Program-made: the position numbers and the translations under genes
From: Acinetobacter wanghuae
GTDB taxonomy: Bacteria; Pseudomonadota; Gammaproteobacteria; Pseudomonadales; Moraxellaceae
Direction: 5' to 3'
Length of the DNA: 32,000 nt
Assembly (NCBI RefSeq): GCF_009557235.1
Contig: NZ_CP045650.1
Coordinates: forward strand, 2,460,001-2,492,000
Shown: piece by piece, positions 20,445-27,939 of the stretch
Layout of the letters: every line of letters starts with the position of its first letter
Position numbering within the stretch: position 1 is the stretch's first letter
Notes under the pieces: model-generated
What the model saw: the letters and a program-made list of their open reading frames with translations, nothing else
Told to the model about the DNA's origin: nothing
The model's database searches: none

Positions 20445-20678
20445 ACGACTTTTTGTAGATATATATTATTTTCTATAGAGAAAACCGTTTTATCGATACA
20501 AAAAAAGCCTGTCTACGCATGCCTTTACACTTCTTGTTTCAATTCTGTTTTATGTTTCAGCTTCTCAAGCCATTTATGCGAACTCAGCTTTTTCTTCATT
20601 TCTTGATATGATGGGATTCAATTTACATCTCAGACTTTATTTTGAGATTCTCCCAAGCTGATAAAGCTGAGCATAATT

Positions 20679-21014
20679 ATGAAAAAATCGATTCTTTGGA
20701 TCAGTCTAGGCGTTGTGATTGCAGCCGTTCTACTCTGCTTTTGGTTGATGTATCCCAATGCTGAATTACGCGGTAAACATCAAGCAACGCTCTGTAATGT
20801 GGTGCGTTTGAGTCCTGAGCTGAACACGCAAGCCGAATTGCTACAACGCATGCATTTTATTTATGATAACAGCACACCCACCTATGCCTATCATCATCCG
20901 AAATTTTATGAATATTATAGTAAACATTTAATTGATCAATTTGTGGTGCTGGATGAAAAACAAAAACAACAGCTTCGAGATGATTTTGAAGCCTGTAGAG
21001 CCGTCATTCAATAA
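20679..21014 (+). CDS. Hypothetical small membrane-anchored protein
   Basis: 111-aa ORF with an N-terminal hydrophobic helix (ILWISLGVVIAAVLLCFWLM), followed by a strong terminator. I recognise no family. Confidence 0.5.
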   Translation: MKKSILWISLGVVIAAVLLCFWLMYPNAELRGKHQATLCNVVRLSPELNTQAELLQRMHFIYDNSTPTYAYHHPKFYEYYSKHLIDQFVVLDEKQKQQLRDDFEACRAVIQ

Positions 21015-21025
21015 GTGATGCCATA

Positions 21026-21059
21026 ATAAAAAAGCCAGTCTCTAAGACTGGCTTTTTTT
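21026..21059. terminator. Bidirectional rho-independent terminator
   Basis: AAAAAA-AGCCAGTCT-CTA-AGACTGGCT-TTTTTTT, between the convergent 111-aa ORF and sbp. Confidence 0.85.
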
Positions 21060-21081
21060 AGATATTGATCAAAGCATCAAA

Positions 21082-22098
21082 TTAACGTTTGTTATAGATT
21101 TGATCGAAGATTGCTCCATTCGCAAAATGCGTTTTCTGTGCATTTGACCAACCACCAAAGACCTCATCAATGGTGAATGTTTTGATTTTCGGGAATTGCG
21201 CAGAATATTTAGCAAGCGCTTGGGCATTACGTGGACGGTAATAATGTTTTGCCGCCATTTCTTGACCGAGTGGTGAATACAAGTAATTGATATAGCCTTT
21301 TGCTAACCATTTATTGCCATTTTTCTCAACAGTACGATCAACAATTGCGACAGAAGGCTCAGTCAAAATCGACATAGATGGATAAATAATATCAAATTTA
21401 TTTTTACCCAAAGTTTTCTGCGTTACTAAAGCTTCATTTTCCCAAGTTAACAAGACATCGCCAATACCACGTTCAGCAAAAGTTGTCATTGAAGCACGCG
21501 CTGCAGAGTCCATCACTTTGACGTTTTTGTACATCTTGCCAACAAATTCTTGGGCTTTGGCTTTGCTACCACCCGGTTGCTTTTCAGCATAACCCCATGC
21601 TGATAAATATACCCAACGTGGCAAGCCACCTGTTTTCGGGTTTGGCGTAATAATCTCAACACCTGGTTTAACTAAGTCATTCCAGTCTTTAATATGTTTA
21701 GGATTGCCTTTACGCACCATCATTACAACAGTCGAGGTATACGGTGCTGAGTTATGTGGGAACTCTTTTTGCCAACCTGCCTTGATTTGTCCAGAACGCA
21801 CAATCTCTTCAATATCATTGGCAAGCGCAAGCGTGACGACATCACCTTTTAGACCATCAACAACCGAACGCGCTTGTTTACCAGAACCACCATGTGACTG
21901 TTTAAAGTTCACATTAATACCGGTACGGCTCTTCCAATATGCACCAAATGAAGTATTGAATTCATCGTAAAATTCGCGTGTCGCATCATAAGAGACATTC
22001 AAAAATTCACGATCGGCTGCTTGTGTAGCAGTGGTTGTAACTGCAACACCTGCCAGCAACAATATAGAGCTAAATATTGATTTTAATTGAGTTTTCAT
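21082..22098 (-). CDS. sbp: Periplasmic sulfate/thiosulfate-binding protein (intact paralogue)
   Basis: 338 aa with a signal peptide, collinear with the E. coli Sbp/CysP family ([61 protein letters not shown]). Confidence 0.9.
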   Translation of the reverse strand: MKTQLKSIFSSILLLAGVAVTTTATQAADREFLNVSYDATREFYDEFNTSFGAYWKSRTGINVNFKQSHGGSGKQARSVVDGLKGDVVTLALANDIEEIVRSGQIKAGWQKEFPHNSAPYTSTVVMMVRKGNPKHIKDWNDLVKPGVEIITPNPKTGGLPRWVYLSAWGYAEKQPGGSKAKAQEFVGKMYKNVKVMDSAARASMTTFAERGIGDVLLTWENEALVTQKTLGKNKFDIIYPSMSILTEPSVAIVDRTVEKNGNKWLAKGYINYLYSPLGQEMAAKHYYRPRNAQALAKYSAQFPKIKTFTIDEVFGGWSNAQKTHFANGAIFDQIYNKR

Positions 22099-22284
22099 AG
22101 AAACACTGGAGATTATATATAATACATATAACTATATGAAATAAAGTCACTAATCGCAATTCATCATATGCTCATATAGTTCTGTATGATAAAAGCATTT
22201 TTTGTTTTAATTTCATGTTTTATCTCATAAAAAATTCAAATAGACGCTTTATTCTGTTTTATAGCATTTTATTCTTTAGATATG

Positions 22285-22315
22285 AAAAAAAACGGATAAG
22301 AACCTTATCCGTTTT
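22285..22315 (-). terminator. Rho-independent terminator after the second sbp/cysP paralogue
   Basis: The minus strand reads ACGGATAAG-GTT-CTTATCCGT followed by T8, about 30 nt after the stop at 22348. Confidence 0.8.
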
Positions 22316-22347
22316 ATATTTCCTGTCGCTGTCAGATGATGACGTTA

Positions 22348-23350
22348 TTAACGATTTTCTGAAACAATTTGATCGTAGATTGCACCATTTACGAAATGTG
22401 TTTTTTGCGCTTTCGCCCAACCGCCAAAGACTTTATCAATGGTAAAGGTTTGGATTGTAGGGAATTGAGCTGCATATTTTGCTGCAACATTTGCATCACG
22501 TGGACGGAAGTAATACTTCGCCGCTAAGGCTTGCCCTTTTGGCGAGTACAAATAATTTAAATACCCTTTGGCTAATTGACGGTTGCCATTTTTATCGACG
22601 GTTTTGTCCACGATTGCGACAGATGGCTCTGCCAAAATCGAAATGGACGGATACACAATATCGTATTTATCTTTACCAAGTCCTTGTGTTGCAAGTAATG
22701 CTTCATTTTCCCAAGACAGTAAAACATCACCAATACCGCGCTCAGCAAAAGTGGTCAGTGAACCACGCGCACCTGAATCTAAAACTTTGACATTCGCATA
22801 GAGTTTTTTCACCAACTCTTTGGCTTTGGCATCATTCCCGCCCGGTTGTTTCAGTGCATATCCCCAAGCAGAAAGATAAATCCAACGCGGTGCACCGCCT
22901 GTTTTTGGATTAGGCGTAATAATTTCAACACCCGGTTTGGTTAAGTCATTCCAGTCTTTAATTTTCTTCGGATTGCCTTTACGCACTAAAAAGACGATGG
23001 TCGAGGTATAGGGTGCAGAATTATTTTTAAATTCTTTTTGCCAACCCGGTTGAATCAAACCCGCTGCAACAATTTCTTCAATGTCATTGGCAAGGGCTAA
23101 AGTCACGACATCTGCTTGCAAACCATCAACAACTGAACGTGCCTGCTTGCCAGAACCGCCATGGGATTGCTTAAAATTAACCGCTTGTCCGGTTTTTTGT
23201 TTCCAGTATTTGCCAAATTCAATGTTGTATTCTTGGTAAAATTCACGTGTTGGATCGTAAGAAACGTTTAAAAAATCTTTCGCAAATACCTGCGTTGCCG
23301 AAAAACCACCCAGTAAAACCCATGCTGCTGAAACGATTATTTTTTTTCAT
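22348..23350 (-). pseudogene. Second Sbp/CysP-family sulfate/thiosulfate-binding protein, start codon out of frame by +1 at an A8 run
   Basis: The body frame is open from 23346 to 22348 and encodes (K)[39 protein letters not shown]...[22 protein letters not shown]..., collinear with the neighbouring sbp. The only ATG (23348-23350) is followed by A8 and is one nucleotide out of frame. The span is 1003 nt, which is 3n+1. Confidence 0.8.
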
Positions 23351-23734
23351 TATTTAAAACTCAACATTGATATTTCGCTCAATATATAAACAAATAAAAT
23401 ATTTAACAATCATATCCTTATATCAATACATCCAATCTATTGCGCTTTTATAGATATTCAAAATACTGTGTTCTAAAGCAGATAATATTCTAAGTTCCTC
23501 GCTAGGATTGAGGCGATCTTCACGCTATCTTCATATTTATTTGTTACAAATATCAGCATTAAGGAAAAACTTGCAATATTGAGTAATTTTCAACGACTGA
23601 ATATTTATTTTTTTGTAATTTATGTGACGTAGTTCTACTTTTTATCAACTTAATGTGGTTAAATTGTAGTCATGGTAATAAAACAAACGATTCACAAAAA
23701 TTAATCCAACACCAAAACAAGGGGAAGTTTGGAA

Positions 23735-24025
23735 ATGAAATTTACAGCATTCAAGACCTGCATCCTAAGTATTTTTATGATGTTGACCACACAATTGGGT
23801 CATGCCGTTGTGGTGAAATCAGATGCGGCTAAAGCCCCTATGAGCTTGATCTCTGAAAGAACATCACCAATTGAAAAAGCAATTAAGCAACAAAAAACAG
23901 AAAAGAACATGCGTATGGATGACAACTTAAAAGTATTAACGTCGCTTAAAGTTGCGCCATCTCAAAATTTCTTTGCACAGCAGAACCAACGCTTTAGCCG
24001 TTTTTTGCAAACGATTTTTTCTTAA
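23735..24025 (+). CDS. Hypothetical small secreted protein
   Basis: 96 aa from the ATG at 23735, with AAGGGGAA 7 nt upstream. It has a signal-peptide-like N-terminus (MKFTAFKTCILSIFMMLTTQLGHA). I recognise no family. Confidence 0.5.
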   Translation: MKFTAFKTCILSIFMMLTTQLGHAVVVKSDAAKAPMSLISERTSPIEKAIKQQKTEKNMRMDDNLKVLTSLKVAPSQNFFAQQNQRFSRFLQTIFS

Positions 24026-24027
24026 TC

Positions 24028-25015
24028 TTACTTAACCCGAATCCTGCTTAAGCCGATGACTTCATAATTTGAATTGTTGGCTTATTTTTATGGATCAGTT
24101 GATATGCACACAACGACGCGTAAATCCCTCCTAGAAATCCATGAACACTACGTGCTTTGCTTGTCACTAAATTGTACTGACCTTTCAATAAACTGAATAA
24201 AGTCTCTATCTTATTGCGCTGTTTTAAGTGATATTTATCTGCCTCAGAAAGTTGTATAGTCTGCATATTTTTTCGATGATAGGTAATTAAATCAATGCCT
24301 TGCTCTTTTAATCTAATCTTCAGTTCTTGACTAATATAGCCACGATCTTCATATAACTTTGCTTCCATCTCTTTAACGAGTCTCTCAACCATTTTTATGT
24401 CAGCAACATGTCCATTCGATAAAGCAGAACAAGCAATTTCGCCAAATTGGTTCATTGCAATGTGCAATTTACAGCCATAAAACCAGCCCATTGAACTTTT
24501 ACCACGAGATGCAATTTTAGCTAAAGATTTATGGCGTTGAATACGTTGATTTTTACAAACTGGCAAAGTCGTTGAATCAATCCATAAATATTGTGTACCT
24601 TGGTCTTTCATCAGCACCACATGTAAAGCGTGTAGAGCCAATTGGTGCATATTGATCAGATGAATCATCCTTTGATAGCAAGGCAAATACTTAAATAAAT
24701 GGTTTTTATCTTCTTTTAACCAAATGAAAAATGCTTTGAAATTATTGAAATGAGAACATTTGTACCAAATAGCGATAAAACAGATTTCTGAAATGGTTAA
24801 ATGAGCAGTTCTGATTCTTAAGGAACGATTACTTTGCTTAAGAAAATTCCAATAGGTTGCTTCAAATTTAAGAAAGAAATCATCAATTAAGCAGAATAAT
24901 TCGGTACTATTAAACATCGGGACTAGAGTTGTGAGTTTTGTGTGGTAACTCAACTGATGGCTCTAGTTCTTCTATTTTTCAAGTTAATTTCTTATCCGCG
25001 ATTCAGGTTACTTAA
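24028..25015 (-). mobile_element. IS982-family insertion sequence (about 1 kb, single transposase)
   Basis: Imperfect terminal inverted repeats are TTACTTAACCCGAATCC (left) and the reverse complement of GCGATTCAGGTTACTTAA (right), with core TAACCYGAATC. They bracket one DDE transposase ORF. ACTTAA occurs at both junctions (24030-24035 and 25010-25015), so the exact ends and target duplication are uncertain by a few nt. Confidence 0.8.
24048..24917 (-). CDS. IS982-family DDE transposase
   Basis: 289 aa from MFNSTELFCLIDDFF (the N-terminal ELFC.(I/V)DDF motif typical of IS982-family transposases), with IDSTTLPVCKNQRI and a YEDRGY-type region. The track ORF begins 12 codons earlier at a TTG (24953). 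Confidence 0.85.
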   Translation of the reverse strand: MFNSTELFCLIDDFFLKFEATYWNFLKQSNRSLRIRTAHLTISEICFIAIWYKCSHFNNFKAFFIWLKEDKNHLFKYLPCYQRMIHLINMHQLALHALHVVLMKDQGTQYLWIDSTTLPVCKNQRIQRHKSLAKIASRGKSSMGWFYGCKLHIAMNQFGEIACSALSNGHVADIKMVERLVKEMEAKLYEDRGYISQELKIRLKEQGIDLITYHRKNMQTIQLSEADKYHLKQRNKIETLFSLLKGQYNLVTSKARSVHGFLGGIYASLCAYQLIHKNKPTIQIMKSSA

Positions 25016-25043
25016 TATTTAACTTTCATTAAACCTTTCAAAT

Positions 25044-25090
25044 GCCTCATCACTGAATGTCGAATTAAGCATTAAGTGATGGGGCTTTTT
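25044..25090 (+). terminator. Strong hairpin plus T5, probably the displaced terminator of the 96-aa ORF
   Basis: GCCTCATCACT (25044-25054) pairs with AGTGATGGGGC (25075-25085): 11 bp with one G-U. Inner pairs extend the stem. TTTTT follows at 25086-25090. It lies between the IS end and a TATAAT at 25094-25099 upstream of gltX. Confidence 0.5.
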
Positions 25091-25133
25091 CGTTATAATA
25101 CATTTAAATTTATATTCAAGATTCTATCTGACT

Positions 25134-26642
25134 ATGACTGTTCGTACTCGTATTGCACCCTCTCCTACCGGTTTCCCTCATGTAGGAACTGCGTATATCG
25201 CTTTATTTAACTTATGTTTTGCCAAGCAGCATGGTGGTGAATTCATTCTTCGTATTGAAGATACTGACCAACTTCGCTCTACCCCTGAATCTGAAAAAAT
25301 GATTTTAGATTCATTGCGTTGGCTAGGTCTTAATTGGTCTGAAGGTCCTGATGTTGGTGGTCCTCACGCACCTTATCGTCAGTCTGAGCGTATGGATATT
25401 TATAAAAAATATGCGCTAGAACTGGTTGAAAAAGGTCATGCATTCTATTGCTTCGCAACAGCAGAAGAGTTAGATCAAATGCGTGCTGAACAACAAGCAC
25501 GCGGTGAAAGCCCACGTTACGATGGTCGCGGTCTATTGTTGTCAGAAGAAGAAGTGCAACGCCGCTTAGCTGCGGGTGATGCGCATGTCATTCGTATGAA
25601 AGTACCGACTGAAGGCATGTGTAAATTTAACGATATGTTGCGTGGTGAAGTAGAAATTCCATGGGCGCAAGTAGATATGCAAATTCTACTTAAAACCGAT
25701 GGTCTACCAACTTACCATTTGGCAAACGTAGTCGATGACCACTTGATGGAAATTACCCACGTGATTCGTGGCGAAGAATGGATTCCATCTGCACCGAAGC
25801 ACCAATTATTGTATAAATACTTTGGTTGGGACATGCCTGAGCTTTGCCACATGCCACTTTTACGCAATCCAGACAAGTCAAAATTGTCTAAACGTAAAAA
25901 CCCAACGTCAATTAATTACTATAAAGACATCGGTGTTTTACCCGAAGCATTGTTGAACTACTTGGGTCGTATGGGTTGGTCAATGCCAGACGAAAGTGAA
26001 AAATTCACTTTAGCTGAAATGATTGAGCACTTTGACATTAAACGTGTGTCTTTGGGTGGTCCAATCTTTGATGTAGAAAAACTCAATTGGCTCAATGGTC
26101 AGTGGATTAAAGGTTTAAGCCCTTCTGATCTTCTTGATACCCTATTGGCATGGAAAGCAGATCGTAAAATGTTGGAAGACATTGCTGCTGCCATTCAACC
26201 ACGTATCAATTTACTTTCTGAAGCGGTGAATTGGGCAGGTTTCTATTTCAACCAGTTCCCACCACTGTCTAAAGAACAATTTGAAAGCAAAAAATTGACT
26301 GAAGAACAAGTGCGTCAAAGCTTACAATTTGCAATTTGGCGTCTCGAGAGCATGTTCACTTGGAACAACGATACTGTGAGCCAAACCTTGATGGATCTTG
26401 CGAACCAAATGGGCATTAAACTTCGTGATTTCATGCCAACCTTCTTTATTGCCATTGCAGGTTCGACCTCGTCTACCCCTGTTATGCAATCGATGGTGAC
26501 GATTGGTCCTGATTTGACCTTCGCTCGCTTACGTCATGCGCTTGAAATTGTCGGAAACCCGAGCAAAAAAGAAGTAAAAGTATGGGAAAAACTCAATGAA
26601 AGGTTAAAATTGCCGAAAAATGACGCAGTTGATCAAGCTTAA
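25134..26642 (+). CDS. gltX: Glutamyl-tRNA synthetase
   Basis: 502 aa. Class I signatures are [12 protein letters not shown] (HIGH region) and KLSKRK (KMSKS region). It is collinear with bacterial GluRS. Confidence 0.95.
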   Translation: MTVRTRIAPSPTGFPHVGTAYIALFNLCFAKQHGGEFILRIEDTDQLRSTPESEKMILDSLRWLGLNWSEGPDVGGPHAPYRQSERMDIYKKYALELVEKGHAFYCFATAEELDQMRAEQQARGESPRYDGRGLLLSEEEVQRRLAAGDAHVIRMKVPTEGMCKFNDMLRGEVEIPWAQVDMQILLKTDGLPTYHLANVVDDHLMEITHVIRGEEWIPSAPKHQLLYKYFGWDMPELCHMPLLRNPDKSKLSKRKNPTSINYYKDIGVLPEALLNYLGRMGWSMPDESEKFTLAEMIEHFDIKRVSLGGPIFDVEKLNWLNGQWIKGLSPSDLLDTLLAWKADRKMLEDIAAAIQPRINLLSEAVNWAGFYFNQFPPLSKEQFESKKLTEEQVRQSLQFAIWRLESMFTWNNDTVSQTLMDLANQMGIKLRDFMPTFFIAIAGSTSSTPVMQSMVTIGPDLTFARLRHALEIVGNPSKKEVKVWEKLNERLKLPKNDAVDQA

Positions 26643-26654
26643 TTGATTTTTATA

Positions 26655-26683
26655 TTGACGCATGGGCGTTATATCCCTAATAT
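26655..26683 (+). promoter_or_regulatory. Candidate sigma70 promoter of tRNA-Glu with GC-rich discriminator
   Basis: TTGACG (26655-26660), a 17-nt spacer, TAATAT (26678-26683), then AGCGCCC, about 50 nt upstream of the tRNA. Confidence 0.55.
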
Positions 26684-26733
26684 AGCGCCCATACAGAGAC
26701 ACAGTGTTTAACACTGAATCTGATGCCTCAATT

Positions 26734-26809
26734 GTCCCTATCGTCTAGAGGCCTAGGACATCGCCCTTTCACGGCGGTAACCGGGGTTCGAATCCCCGTA
26801 GGGACGCCA
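26734..26809 (+). tRNA. tRNA-Glu (anticodon UUC), CCA encoded
   Basis: 76 nt: GTCCCTATCGTCTAGAGGCCTAGGACATCGCCCTTTCACGGCGGTAACCGGGGTTCGAATCCCCGTAGGGACGCCA. The cloverleaf folds by hand: a 7-bp acceptor stem, anticodon loop CTTTCAC, and T-arm CGGGG-TTCGAAT-CCCCG. It is near-identical in layout to E. coli tRNA-Glu. Confidence 0.96.
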
Positions 26810-26840
26810 TATTCAAGATCATTCTTGTGATGGTCTTAGT

Positions 26841-26873
26841 AAAAAACCCAAGCATAATGACTTGGGTTTTTTA
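26841..26873 (+). terminator. Rho-independent terminator after tRNA-Glu
   Basis: AAAAAACCCAAG-CATAATGA-CTTGGGTTTTTT. Confidence 0.85.
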
Positions 26874-26969
26874 TTGCCTGCAATTTCTCAGCAATATCCC
26901 GACGTCTACTTTTGGCTTTCGCTAAATTTGTGATTACAATAAGCCATTACCAAAATATATGGAACTGTA

Positions 26970-27311
26970 ATGCAATACCGTTGCCCCCAATGTCAAAGTC
27001 CTAAAATTATGCCGGTTGCACAAGCAGGGCAAGCAACGCCACGCCCAGTTGTGCCTAAAAGTTTAGTCCTTTTAGTCCCTGCTCTGTTTATTTTGCTGCT
27101 CCTTGTGATTATTAGCATTGCCATGTGGATTTTTGGTGATGGCGCTGGCTCAACATTACAAACTGCGACCGTGATTGTTTTTATTATTACGTTAATTGCA
27201 GGCTTCATGTTCTACAAAGACTTGCCTGATTTCAAAATTTCAATGCAAGCCTTTATGCAAACTCAAAAAAAATGGAAATGCCGCGAATGTAATCATGAGT
27301 GGGAAATCTAA
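26970..27311 (+). CDS. Small membrane protein with split zinc-ribbon-like CxxC pairs
   Basis: 113 aa with CPQC at residues 5-8 and CREC at 104-107. Two hydrophobic helices lie between them (LVLLVPALFILLLLVIISIAMWIF and TATVIVFIITLIAGFMFY). A terminator follows. Confidence 0.6.
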   Translation: MQYRCPQCQSPKIMPVAQAGQATPRPVVPKSLVLLVPALFILLLLVIISIAMWIFGDGAGSTLQTATVIVFIITLIAGFMFYKDLPDFKISMQAFMQTQKKWKCRECNHEWEI

Positions 27312-27325
27312 ATTCTATAGATTTG

Positions 27326-27352
27326 AAAAGGCTGCTAAATGCAGCCTTTTTT
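27326..27352 (+). terminator. Rho-independent terminator
   Basis: AAGGCTGC-TAAAT-GCAGCCTT followed by TTTT. Confidence 0.8.
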
Positions 27353-27425
27353 ACAGTAGCTACAATAAAATGTGAATGATTCAACAAAAATACAAAATAA
27401 ACAGAAGTATTAAACGTTATCTTAA

Positions 27426-27884
27426 ATGATGAAGAATGCTTATTTTTCGTTGCAACCAAGATTGCATTTGAGGAGACAGCGATATGATTCAAAATATCTT
27501 ACATTTCTTGTCTTGTTTTCAAAAGAGCAGGATTTTGCGCTTAAAAGCATAGAAGGCGAAGCGGATCAATCCTTCCACAATGCGCAAAATTTTGAATTTC
27601 TATGCGCAAAAGCACCTCAACTTTCTATTTATACACCTTCGCATATCATTAAACTCAATCAAACCAATTCAGACCAAAGAAATGCCATGTGGCATTATCT
27701 GAACGCTGCCTTAAAAGGTCATGCTCAAGCACAATACAAATTAGGCTTGTCCTATTTAGAAGGCGATTTAGGCGCGGATCGTAATTATCGCTATGCAGAA
27801 CAATGGCTTATGAAAGCCAAACAACAAGGTTATCAGCCCGCTGCAAATGCCTTAGCCAAAGCCTATAGCCAATTGGCACTTTAG
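27426..27884 (+). CDS. Sel1-repeat (TPR-like) protein; start codon uncertain
   Basis: The C-terminal 65 aa carry Sel1-type repeats (AQAQYKLGLSYLEGDLGADRNYRYAEQWLMKAKQQGYQPAANALAKAY). The ATG at 27426 has no SD. A strong SD (GAGGAG, 27470-27475) instead serves an ATG at 27484 in another frame. Confidence 0.55.
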   Translation: MMKNAYFSLQPRLHLRRQRYDSKYLTFLVLFSKEQDFALKSIEGEADQSFHNAQNFEFLCAKAPQLSIYTPSHIIKLNQTNSDQRNAMWHYLNAALKGHAQAQYKLGLSYLEGDLGADRNYRYAEQWLMKAKQQGYQPAANALAKAYSQLAL

Positions 27885-27898
27885 TTTCAATGACGCAC

Positions 27899-27928
27899 AA
27901 AAAAACCAGCTCGAAAGCTGGTTTTTTA
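27899..27928. terminator. Bidirectional rho-independent terminator between the Sel1 gene and ettA
   Basis: AAAAAA-ACCAGCT-CGAA-AGCTGGT-TTTTT. Confidence 0.85.
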
Positions 27929-27939
27929 TTTAGATGGGA

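Noticed and set aside
20379-20678. Looked for mraZ or an RNase P RNA (rnpB) upstream of rsmH, as seen next to the dcw cluster in some gammaproteobacteria
   Set aside because: There is no ORF of adequate length in any frame. The sequence is AT-rich, without the GC-rich conserved helices of rnpB. Only a weak 6-bp inverted repeat (ATCTCA...TGAGAT) is present.
22215-22445. 76-aa plus-strand ORF spanning the sbp upstream region, the terminator and the 3' end of the second paralogue
   Set aside because: It crosses a terminator hairpin and runs antisense into a real gene, and the translation is AT-rich nonsense.
23340-23350. Programmed ribosomal frameshifting on the A8 tract of the broken sbp paralogue
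   Set aside because: A-rich heptamers promote -1 slippage, but a +1 shift is needed here. There are only three codons before the site and no obvious stimulatory structure. A homopolymer length error, a mutation or transcriptional slippage are simpler explanations.
25016-25133. T-box or other riboswitch-type leader upstream of gltX, and a SAM-type riboswitch upstream of metY (29602-29909)
   Set aside because: The gltX hairpin precedes the best -10 element rather than following a promoter, and there is no specifier or T-box sequence. The metY upstream region is unstructured AT-rich DNA with none of the conserved riboswitch helices I can recognise.
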